Position numbers and translations under genes: made by a program
The notes under the pieces: generated by a model
Told to the model about the DNA's origin: nothing
What the model saw: the letters and a program-made list of their open reading frames with translations, nothing else
Databases searched by the model: none
Assembly (NCBI GenBank): GCA_963819815.1
Contig: CAWFXL010000001.1
Coordinates: 1,216,001-1,280,000, forward strand
Direction: 5' to 3'
Length of the DNA stretch: 64,000 nucleotides
Origin: an uncultured bacterium
GTDB taxonomy: Bacteria; Babelota; Babeliae; Babelales; Babelaceae
Shown: piece after piece, positions 1 to 9,824 of the stretch
Layout: the number at the start of each line of letters is the position of its first letter
Position numbering within the stretch: the stretch's first letter is position 1

Positions 1-949
<949 letters not shown>

Positions 950-994
950 ATGTCCCTTTTAGCGAGTATGACCTTAAGGTACCCTGTTACAAAA

Positions 995-1022
995 AGTATA
1001 GTCGATTTTCCGATTAGGACAA
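995..1022 (-). promoter_or_regulatory. Putative sigma70 promoter of atpD
   Basis: TTGTCC-N16-TATACT on the minus strand upstream of the ATG at 949. Confidence 0.4.
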
Positions 1023-1072
1023 GTTATTTTAGCTACTGAAGTTATAGTAACTAGATTACAAACTAGTTAGAC

Positions 1073-1113
1073 TATGACCTGGAGATCCGAAAATATTAGG
1101 TTTCCAGGTCATA
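1073..1113 (-). terminator. Hairpin downstream of the AAA/DUF4143 gene (possible terminator)
   Basis: Perfect 11-bp inverted repeat TATGACCTGGA / TCCAGGTCATA; no clear U-tract. Confidence 0.35.
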
Positions 1114-1152
1114 TGTCGAGTTTTCCTTATAGTTCAACGATTTTTGAGACAA

Positions 1153-2328
1153 TTAAATGCCAGGGTTTGGTGTTATTACGGGCTGAGGTTTTAGAAGTTC
1201 TGGAAGCTCTAGTAATGCTTGCTCGAATGGAATAGCAGTGATAGGACCGTAATATTCTTTATGAGTTCCAAAATGAAGCATATATAATTTTGCTTCCGGA
1301 TAATCTTCCGAAAATGACTTTAATGCTCGAAACATTTTGGGAGTCACATTAACCGTTCTTTTAATTTCAAAGGCATGGAGACCATTAGGGCCATAGAGTA
1401 TAAAATCAATCTCTTGACCATTTGCAGTTCGCCAAAAATATATGGTATATCCTAACCCAAGATAATCATTAAGTGCTCTTACTGATTGTAGAAAAAGTGT
1501 TTCAAGGGCGGCTCCATCGACTTCCTCTTGTTTATCAAGTGGAAATACGGGACGTAAGATTCTGTATACTCCCGTATCAAAATAATAGAACTTTTCATGA
1601 GCAATCATTTTTCGCTTTGCACGATGGGTAAAGGGTCCTATGCGTACACTGAGAAGTAAATCTTCAAGAATCGAAAAATAATTGGCAACGGTAAACCTCG
1701 ACAATCCTAACTCTCGGCCTATGTCTGTCATGGTGATGACGTTCCCTTGGGAAAAGCTCGCAGCTTCTAAAAAGCGGGTGAAAGAGCCGATATTTCTCAT
1801 GAGACCTTCTTGCAGAACTTCTTCGCGAAGATATGTCTGGACATAATTTTCCAAATATTGTTGTGGATTCTCATGAGTGACAGCTATTGGCAGCAAGCCA
1901 TACCGTAAGGCGTGGGATAAATTGAAATTCGCCCCGATTTCCTGAGCTGTTAAGGGGTGCATGAAATATTTAAATGCTCGCCCAGCTAGCAAATTAACAC
2001 CTCTGCGTTTGAGGCTTCGAGCGCTTGATCCCGTGAGAATAAAGCGATACTTTTTCTCTTCAATAAGTCGATGTACCTCATTGAGTAGTTCAGGGACTCT
2101 TTGCACTTCATCAATGATTATCCATGAATTATTTGAAGAGGGTATAAGCTATTCTAGCTGTGATGGATTTGATGCAAGACGGTTATAATCCGTAAACTTG
2201 AGTAAATCGATATATTTTGCATCGGGTAGATGGGCTCTAAGCCATGAAGTTTTTCCCGTACCCCGCGGCCCAAAAAGAAAAATGCTTGTTTGAGATTCGA
2301 GTGGTAAGTGTAATAATCTGTGGAACAT
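1153..2328 (-). pseudogene. AAA_14 + DUF4143 family ATPase with an in-frame TAG at 2149..2151
   Basis: From the ATG at 2328: MFHRLL...FLFGPRGTGKT (Walker A)...SQLE*LIPSS...IIDEVQ (Walker B), in frame with ORF 1153..2106 (LTGSS, KFYYFDTG, EIDFI...FEIK). Confidence 0.85.
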
Positions 2329-2406
2329 AGGCTTATCTTTCCCTATTGCACGGTTACTTCAGGGGGCAGAGGAAAATCCATGACTTTCCCGAAAAATGTT
2401 ACATTG

Positions 2407-2450
2407 AAAGCTCATATTACCATGCAATATGAGCTTTGTGGTCTCATATT
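2407..2450. promoter_or_regulatory. Inverted repeat plus partial third copy upstream of the AAA/DUF4143 gene
   Basis: AAAGCTCATATT (2407-2418) / AATATGAGCTTT (2426-2437), then CTCATATT at 2443-2450. Confidence 0.5.
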
Positions 2451-2587
2451 TCCTAAAATAATTTAGATTTTTCGATAAAGTTCTGAAACTTTCCTTTTGA
2501 TTGTATTTCTGATCGCGAAGGTTGATCGAATAAGTCTTTAATTCGAGCTTTAGAGGGCTTTGGTGTTTGGGAAGCCTTTTTTATAGA

Positions 2588-3682
2588 TCAAAGAGCATAA
2601 GTCTGTACTAACTTTGTGCCCATATTCTCGGCCTTTTGTTCTAGTATCTCAAGACTTAAGAGCCCCTGTTTAGCATCAGGATGCTGGATGACTGAAGATG
2701 CGTTGAGAATTCCATATATAAGAGCTTTCTCTAGTGGTACCCCAAGAGAAAGAGCTCCTAAAAAACCGCTATTAAAGGCATCACCTGCTCCCAGGCTATA
2801 CACAGGACTCGTCGGAATACTTGGATGAAAATAGATAGTTTCTGCAGTTACGACATAGACCCCTTCGGCTCCATTGGTAATAACGATAGTTTGTGGGCCA
2901 CTCTTAAGAATAAGTTTTGCGATAGCTCGCAATGAAAAGCTTGTGTCAGTGTTATTAAAGGAAAGGTAGTCCTGTAATAGCGCTGGTTGGTCTAATTGTC
3001 TATAATAAAACACAGGTTGTTTCTTTTGCTGCAAAAGAGCTTGCATAAGATATCCCGACTCAGCAGTATTTACCACGAGGATATCGCAATAGCGTAGAGA
3101 CTCAGTAAGCTCAAGAGTATCGTGGGTGAGTTGAATCATACTTGGATTAAGAGCAACCGTAACTCCTGCAGCATGTGCTCGAGGTGCAAGGTAAGGAAGA
3201 AGCTCCTGAGATTGACCACCTAAAGGTCCAAGATAGAGAAGATCAATCTCTTCAAGTAGTGCAAGAGGAAAGTCTTCTTTTTTTTGATTTCTGTTAGCAG
3301 CTCGATAGCAGAGTGCTACATGGTCATGCTCTTGGGAGGGGATGATAACTGATATTGCCGTGCCATGTTCGTTATCTGTTGTACAATAGGTGGTGCTAAT
3401 ACCATCATGTGCGAGCTTTTCTTTAATAGAACATCCCGTGGCATCGTTGCCGGTCCTGAAGAATGCTTCTACCTCAAATCCCAGCTTTTTAAGACCTACG
3501 CCAACATTGGTAGCTCCGCCTCCTAAGGCATAATGTGCCAAAGGTATATCTATCTTTGCGCCTTGAGGCAAAAGAATATAGGAACACTCGGAGTGCTTTG
3601 TGCGCATGAAAAGTGTATCAGCGCCTTCATAGAGCATGAAGATATCCTGAGTTGCACTGCCGATTGTGCAGACTTTTTTCAT
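2588..3682 (-). CDS. PfkB/ribokinase-family carbohydrate kinase
   Basis: N-terminal GGGATN and C-terminal GAGDAFNSG anion-hole motif. Confidence 0.9.
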   Translation of the reverse strand: MKKVCTIGSATQDIFMLYEGADTLFMRTKHSECSYILLPQGAKIDIPLAHYALGGGATNVGVGLKKLGFEVEAFFRTGNDATGCSIKEKLAHDGISTTYCTTDNEHGTAISVIIPSQEHDHVALCYRAANRNQKKEDFPLALLEEIDLLYLGPLGGQSQELLPYLAPRAHAAGVTVALNPSMIQLTHDTLELTESLRYCDILVVNTAESGYLMQALLQQKKQPVFYYRQLDQPALLQDYLSFNNTDTSFSLRAIAKLILKSGPQTIVITNGAEGVYVVTAETIYFHPSIPTSPVYSLGAGDAFNSGFLGALSLGVPLEKALIYGILNASSVIQHPDAKQGLLSLEILEQKAENMGTKLVQTYAL

Positions 3683-3694
3683 CAGAGATCCCGA

Positions 3695-6061
3695 TTAGTG
3701 GGGCCCAGAGGTTTTTTTAATAACGGGCATAAGCACGTGGGTAAGTACTTCGTCAGCATGTTTCACCCAAATGACTTCAATTCCTTCAGTTAATTCTTCT
3801 GATCCAATCAGATCATTTTTGTTTTGATCAGGCAATATGACATTAGGAACCATATTTCGCTTAGCAGCAAGAATTTTTTCTTTTACTCCGCCTATAGGCA
3901 TCACATTTCCACGTAGGTTCAATTCTCCTGTCATCGCATAGGCGGCATTAATAGCACGTCCGGTCATTGCCGATAGAATTGATGAGAGCAGAGTCACTCC
4001 TGCAGAAGGGCCATCTTTTGGAATGCCTCCTCCTGGGACGTGGATATGGAGATCATACTGCGTAAACATTTTAGTGTCGATATCAAATTCTTTTGCATGA
4101 GCACGGGCATAGCTTAGCGCAGCGCGCGCAGATTCCTGCATGACATTACCAAGAGATCCTGTAAGAATGAGTTTCCCTTTTCCGGGCATGATAACTGCCT
4201 CAACTTTGATAATTTCACCCCCATAGGCAGTCCAGGCGAGTCCATTGCAGATACCTACTTGGCTTTCTGTGTAGCTTTCACTTTGAATAAATTTCCGTGG
4301 CCCGAGGTAGAGTTCTAGATTGTCGATACTGAATACTATAAGTTCATTTTTTTCCACGAGAGAACGTGCAGCTTTTGAGCAGAGTTTTTTAAGAAGTCGT
4401 TCAAGTTCCCTAACTCCTGCTTCTCGTGTGTAGCTTTGGATAATTTCGGAAATGATCTCTTTGCTGATAATTATTTGATGGGCATCTAAACCTGATTCAT
4501 TGATTGCTTTCTTTGTCAGGTAATTGACTGCGATATTAATTTTCTCTTCAAGAGTGTACCCTGCAAGATGAATTACTTCCATACGATCACGAAGTGGTTC
4601 TGATATAGAATCCACATTATTGGCTGTCGCAATGAAAATGACCCGCGATAAGTCAAAGGGAAGCCCTAAATAGTTATCATAGAAAGATACATTCTGGTTA
4701 GGATCGAGCACTTCAAGCATAGCTGCTGATGGATCTCCTCTAAAATCTGAACCGATTTTATCAAGCTCATCTATGATTATCACAGGATTCATAGAGCCTG
4801 CTTTTCTAATGCCTTGTAAAAATCTTCCCGGCATAGCACCTACGTAGGTGCGGCGATGGCCTCTAATCTCAGCCTCATCATTAACCCCACCTAAGGATAT
4901 TCTAAAGAAGTTTCGTCCCAGGCTGCGAGCAATAGATTTGCCAAGCGAAGTTTTACCAGTTCCCGGAGGACCTGCAAGACAGAGGATAGGAGAATACCCA
5001 TCCTGTTTTAGATGACGTATTGATATAAAATCAAGAATTCTCTCTTTTATTTCCTTTAATCCATAATGATCTTCATCGAGAATCTGTTTGGCGTGTTCTA
5101 TCTCTAGATTGTCGACTGTTTCGATCCCCCAGGGAAGTCCCGCGATCCAGTCAAGATAACCACGTATGACTGCTGCTTCCATAGAGTCAGGAGATGTTTT
5201 TTCAAGCCGATTTAACTGGCGGTTTACTTCGGTTCGTACTTCTTCGGTGAGTTCAAGCTTACCTATCTTTGTGCGCAGCTGATCAATTTCATCTGCATCG
5301 TCTTCGCCAAGCTCTTTTTTAATTGCTTTAATTTGCTCACGCAGATAAAACTCTTTTTGCGACTGATTCATCGATTCACGAGCGCGACTTTTAATATTTT
5401 CTTGCATTTCGCTGACTTCAAATTCTTTTGATAAATGTGCAAAAAGTTCTTCCAGAAGGGCCGTATGTGTGCGGCATTCTAAAAGGCGCTGCGCTTGATC
5501 AACTCGTAAATTTAGATGAGATAAAATGAAGTCGGCCATTTTCTCAGGGTCATTCATTTTTGATAAAATGATATGAAAATCAGGGCTGAGCGCATGTCCT
5601 GATGTTGAAATGTGTTCCGCAAGGTCTTTAATATTTTTTTTCTGAGCTAGAGTTTCAGTGTTTGAAAGCTCTTCTTCATAGAATATTTGTTCGATATCAG
5701 CATGAAGAACTCCTTCATCTGCAACTATATCATGGACAAAAGCCCGTGTAATGCCTTGTACTAATATTTTTATGCCCCCCTCGGGCACTTTGATGACGCG
5801 CATGATCGATGCAACGGTACCTACATCATATAAGTCCTTCGTACCAATAATACCCTGGTACGTATCGGATTGCTTTTTTGACGCAAGAAGAAGGACGAGT
5901 TTATGCTCATCTTCAACAGCTTTATTAATTCCTTGGATAATTCGTTCATCAAGAACAAGTAGTGGCACAATTTGATTAGGAAAAACCACTATATCCATTG
6001 TAGGAACAACAGGGAGCATCTCTGGTAGTGCATTATGCACTAGTTGTTCGCTTTGCTTCAT
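3695..6061 (-). CDS. lon: Lon protease (endopeptidase La)
   Basis: LON N-domain, GPPGTGKT, IDELDK, PKDGPSAG catalytic Ser motif, GGVKEK; 788 aa. Confidence 0.97.
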   Translation of the reverse strand: MKQSEQLVHNALPEMLPVVPTMDIVVFPNQIVPLLVLDERIIQGINKAVEDEHKLVLLLASKKQSDTYQGIIGTKDLYDVGTVASIMRVIKVPEGGIKILVQGITRAFVHDIVADEGVLHADIEQIFYEEELSNTETLAQKKNIKDLAEHISTSGHALSPDFHIILSKMNDPEKMADFILSHLNLRVDQAQRLLECRTHTALLEELFAHLSKEFEVSEMQENIKSRARESMNQSQKEFYLREQIKAIKKELGEDDADEIDQLRTKIGKLELTEEVRTEVNRQLNRLEKTSPDSMEAAVIRGYLDWIAGLPWGIETVDNLEIEHAKQILDEDHYGLKEIKERILDFISIRHLKQDGYSPILCLAGPPGTGKTSLGKSIARSLGRNFFRISLGGVNDEAEIRGHRRTYVGAMPGRFLQGIRKAGSMNPVIIIDELDKIGSDFRGDPSAAMLEVLDPNQNVSFYDNYLGLPFDLSRVIFIATANNVDSISEPLRDRMEVIHLAGYTLEEKINIAVNYLTKKAINESGLDAHQIIISKEIISEIIQSYTREAGVRELERLLKKLCSKAARSLVEKNELIVFSIDNLELYLGPRKFIQSESYTESQVGICNGLAWTAYGGEIIKVEAVIMPGKGKLILTGSLGNVMQESARAALSYARAHAKEFDIDTKMFTQYDLHIHVPGGGIPKDGPSAGVTLLSSILSAMTGRAINAAYAMTGELNLRGNVMPIGGVKEKILAAKRNMVPNVILPDQNKNDLIGSEELTEGIEVIWVKHADEVLTHVLMPVIKKTSGPH

Positions 6062-6197
6062 TAACTCCCCTTCAATTTTCTATCTAACCATATCTTGAGT
6101 CTAGCGGAAGTCGGTTGGCGATTACAATACTTTCTCAAGATCTATTTTTGAGGTATTCTAAGAGACACGGAAAAAGAATAACAAAAGGTATTTTGCG

Positions 6198-6923
6198 ATG
6201 TCTAGACTATCGTATCTTCAAGCTCAGGACCTTAGCCTTTCCTTTTTGCAGGGATTGAAGCAGGTAGAGATTTTAAAAGGGATAACCTATCAATTTCAAA
6301 AAGGGTCCTCTTATGGTCTCATGGGAGCTTCTGGTTCGGGTAAGTCTAGCTTGCTCGCACTATTGTCCGGTCTTGAAACCCCTACGTCGGGACAGGTGTC
6401 TATCCAGGGTAAAGACCTCTATGCTGCCCAACCAGATGATAGGTTAGGTATGTGTAGGCAGTTTGGAATTCTTTTCCAGTCTCCTCACCTGATCGATGAG
6501 CTTTCTCTTATTGAAAATATTATGATTAAAGGGCTTATTGAATACCAAGAGTATGATGTTGCCTATCAAAAAGCACAGGATCTGCTTAACCAGATTGGAT
6601 TAGCTGGTAAGGAAGATCAGCGCCCGCGTTCACTATCAGGTGGAGAGCAGCAGAGAGCGTGCATAGCACGTGCTCTTTTTGCAGAACCATCTTTTATTAT
6701 TGCTGATGAACCTACGGCCCATTTGGATGATGCAACTGCACGTGATATTATGTCGGTACTCTGTATGTATCAGAATGAGAAGGGCGCGGGATTGCTTATT
6801 GCTACCCATGATGCCATGGTGCTAGGTATGCTTGATATCACCTTAAAGCTTGAAGCGGGGAGTCTCTGCACTGTTCCCAGTGCCGCACCAAAGCAAGCAA
6901 TGGAGCAGAAAACCTATGGATAA
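6198..6923 (+). CDS. ABC transporter ATP-binding protein, LolD/MacB-like
   Basis: GASGSGKS, LSGGEQQR, IIADEPTAHLD, ATHD. Confidence 0.9.
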   Translation: MSRLSYLQAQDLSLSFLQGLKQVEILKGITYQFQKGSSYGLMGASGSGKSSLLALLSGLETPTSGQVSIQGKDLYAAQPDDRLGMCRQFGILFQSPHLIDELSLIENIMIKGLIEYQEYDVAYQKAQDLLNQIGLAGKEDQRPRSLSGGEQQRACIARALFAEPSFIIADEPTAHLDDATARDIMSVLCMYQNEKGAGLLIATHDAMVLGMLDITLKLEAGSLCTVPSAAPKQAMEQKTYG

Positions 6924-8493
6924 GCTCCATAAGAAATCGATTCTTAAAAAAACGGCGAGCGTTTCAGCGTCTCTACTTTTCAGCAAACTACTTGGGGTAG
7001 TCCGGGAGATCTTCCAGGTAAGTTATCTTGGCGTAGGGGCATTTTCAGATGCCTTTAATACAGCTCTTAAGATACCAAATCTCTTACGAAAAATTTTCGC
7101 AGAAGGGGCATTGAGCGCAGCTTTTGTCCCCACAATCATTAAGGTAACCTCAGAAGATTCGCAGAAGCAGGCAAGCAAGCTGATGACGTTAACCTATGCA
7201 ATTTTTGGAACGATGGTGCTTGCCTTATGTGTGCTTATTTCGTTTTTTCCACACGTAGTTATCAGGTTGATTGCATCAGGTTTTATAAATAAGCCCGTCG
7301 AGATGGAAGTGGCTACCAGTATCATTCGCATTCTCATTTATTTCGTATTCTTTATGTTTACGAGTGCCTTATTACAGAGTGCCTTGCAAGCAAAGATGCA
7401 CTTTACCGTCCCTGCCTGGGGTCCAACGCTCTTAAATGTTTTTTATATTGCAGGACTTGCGGTCTGCCAATGGATGGGTTTTTCCGTAGAAGTGTTTTCA
7501 TACTTTTTGCTGTTTGGAGGACTCGCTCAGGCACTTATTTATGCGTATGTATATGTAGGTTTGCATTTTACGATTGAATGGCCTGATAAGAATACCTATA
7601 AGTACTTTAAAGAGGTGATTGCCAAGTTCATCCCCTGCCTATTGAGTGTAAGCATTGTAGAGATTAACCTTATTATCGATAATAATTTTGCATCAACTTT
7701 ACCTACTGGCTCGGCAACGTTAGTGTCGATTTCATCAAAATTCATGACCATAGCTTTGGGGGCTTTTGCGGTAGCGTTTTCAACAATCTTGTTACCTCAC
7801 TTCTCTCGTATATCCACGTATGCACCGAAGCGCTTGAGCTATTATCTCTTAGAGTCAACAAAGTTTATCTTCTGGATAACTATTCCCGTTGCTTTGCTTA
7901 TGACCTTTTTTTCCTATGACATCTTCTATACGATCTTTTATCAAATTACCGGTGAATTTACCTTAGCCATGGTGAAGGAAGCGGCTTCGCTGCTCGTTGC
8001 TTTTTTGCCCGGTCTCTTTTTCTTCTCCATTAATAAAATGCTTCTGAATATATTTTATGCTCTACATGAGACCCGATATACGGCAATTATTACGGTAATT
8101 GGCGTTATGGTAAACGTTATCCTTAATCGTTTTCTCATGCCTCTCTATGGGGCTCAGGGAATTGCTCTAGCGACCGTTTTTGCAGCGGTAGTTCAGACTC
8201 TTCTGCTTCTTATTGTTTTGCAGCAACGACTCGGTCTTAAAATATACATGAAACAATTTACACGATATATGCTTGCCTATGGGATACAGCTTGCTATCTT
8301 TATGGGCATTTTCTTTCTTCTGTACCATCTTGGGGTTATGGCTATTATCTATGTCGTTCCTGAGCGGTTCGCAGATTTCTTGCTCCATCATATTGGTCTT
8401 TGGATGTGGGTGGGACCAATATGCTTGATTCCCGCAGGCTTTCTCTATTATATGCGTAATAAAGGCGGTGTGAGCCTCTACTTTTTGGAGTGA
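6916..8493 (+). CDS. murJ: Lipid II flippase MurJ (MviN)
   Basis: SKLLGVVRE, DAFNTALKIPNLLRKIFAEGALSAAFVP; many TM helices; likely start is the ATG at 6916. Confidence 0.93.
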   Translation: MDKLHKKSILKKTASVSASLLFSKLLGVVREIFQVSYLGVGAFSDAFNTALKIPNLLRKIFAEGALSAAFVPTIIKVTSEDSQKQASKLMTLTYAIFGTMVLALCVLISFFPHVVIRLIASGFINKPVEMEVATSIIRILIYFVFFMFTSALLQSALQAKMHFTVPAWGPTLLNVFYIAGLAVCQWMGFSVEVFSYFLLFGGLAQALIYAYVYVGLHFTIEWPDKNTYKYFKEVIAKFIPCLLSVSIVEINLIIDNNFASTLPTGSATLVSISSKFMTIALGAFAVAFSTILLPHFSRISTYAPKRLSYYLLESTKFIFWITIPVALLMTFFSYDIFYTIFYQITGEFTLAMVKEAASLLVAFLPGLFFFSINKMLLNIFYALHETRYTAIITVIGVMVNVILNRFLMPLYGAQGIALATVFAAVVQTLLLLIVLQQRLGLKIYMKQFTRYMLAYGIQLAIFMGIFFLLYHLGVMAIIYVVPERFADFLLHHIGLWMWVGPICLIPAGFLYYMRNKGGVSLYFLE

Positions 8494-8924
8494 TGATGAA
8501 AAAAGAGATTTCAGCAGGTATTATAGTTTATACGATGGAGCTCATAAACGATGTTCCTACGCGAGTGTATCTGCTCCTTGCCTATCCCAGGAGGTATTGG
8601 GACCTTGCGAAGGGCAAGCTGGAACCAGGTGAGACTTCAAAAGATGCTGCTATTCGTGAACTAAAGGAAGAGACAGGTCTTGAGGCGAGACTTGATGAAG
8701 GTTTTATGGAAGACCTTTTTTATAAGTTCAAAGACCCTCAAGGTGTTCTTGTGGATAAGAAAGTTACCTTTTTCTTAGGAGAGGCCTTCTCAAAAGATGT
8801 GCACATCTCACACGAGCATAAAGGTTTTTGTTGGCTTCCTTACGATGAGGCTTTCAGGAAATTAACCTACCGTAATGCGCGCAATCTTCTTACAGATGCC
8901 GAAAATTTTCTGAAAAAACAGTAG
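8493..8924 (+). CDS. NUDIX hydrolase, Ap4A hydrolase (NUDT2)-like
   Basis: Nudix box GKLEPGETSKDAAIRELKEETGL, plus SHEH. Confidence 0.9.
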   Translation: MMKKEISAGIIVYTMELINDVPTRVYLLLAYPRRYWDLAKGKLEPGETSKDAAIRELKEETGLEARLDEGFMEDLFYKFKDPQGVLVDKKVTFFLGEAFSKDVHISHEHKGFCWLPYDEAFRKLTYRNARNLLTDAENFLKKQ

Positions 8925-8927
8925 AAT

Positions 8928-9004
<77 letters not shown>

Positions 9005-9046
9005 TCGAATATTTGTTCTAATCGTGGATCTTTAGGATATAACGTA

Positions 9047-9074
9047 AGTATAGTCCCATTTGCTAAATTGTCAA
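9047..9074 (-). promoter_or_regulatory. sigma70 promoter of tRNA-fMet
   Basis: TTGACA-N16-TATACT on the minus strand, ~40 nt upstream of the tRNA. Confidence 0.65.
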
Positions 9075-9267
9075 CAAAGAGGGCAGTTTTTTTAGCTTTT
9101 GCTGACGCATGGGGCTGGTAGGGTGAAAAGTTTGGAAAAATATAATGGTTTGCGCATTCAGATACTACTCGATGTGTTCCTCAATCGTTTCACAGTGGCC
9201 GATAGAGGAAGGATCAGGCTTGAGAGAGTCCCAAGGCAAACCACTTTTATGTCCTTGCTTCTTCAGC

Positions 9268-9645
9268 CTACTTTAAAGATACGAGTACGAGAGCAGTAGC
9301 GGTCGTTCTTGTATGAGTAAGGGTTACTTCAGCGTGGTATTGGATGGCATTAACGCTTTCCCAGGGAAACTTTAGAAGTGGTTCTCCGCGGCCGCTGTAG
9401 GAAATAGAGCAGTGTTTAGCAAGAAAAAGAAACGGTACTGGTTGAGGAAGTAGCGGTGTTAGTGCTTTGTAAAAAGCTTCCTTGGCAGCAAATCTGACAG
9501 CAAGCCGTTCGGCAGTTTTTTGTGGTATTGCAAAGCTATATGAAAGTTCTTCATCGGAAAAAATACGCAAAAGCTTTTTCTGAGAATATGCCATCCAGGG
9601 AATAAAGCGTTCAATTTCGACTGAGTCGATTCCGATTTTGATCAT
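9268..9645 (-). CDS. acpS: Holo-[acyl-carrier-protein] synthase
   Basis: IGIDSVEIERF, RFAAKEAFYKA, TLTHT. Confidence 0.93.
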   Translation of the reverse strand: MIKIGIDSVEIERFIPWMAYSQKKLLRIFSDEELSYSFAIPQKTAERLAVRFAAKEAFYKALTPLLPQPVPFLFLAKHCSISYSGRGEPLLKFPWESVNAIQYHAEVTLTHTRTTATALVLVSLK

Positions 9646-9824
9646 AGGTGCTCCGTTTAGTCTGTCGATGAGTAGTATCGCGCTCTTCGTACGTTTTGTC
9701 TAATGCATGTGACAAAGCCCGGGAAAACAGAATGTTCTTTTTTTGGAAAGAAATAAGTTTTTGCTGTATACTGGACTGCATAGAAAAAATAAGATCCAAT
9801 GCTCATGATGCCAAGGATTCATCA

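Noticed and set aside
2149..2151. Genome-wide TAG reassignment or pyrrolysine
   Set aside because: TAG ends several genes at the expected positions (NUDIX, nitroreductase, radA); only one internal case was found and no pyl genes.
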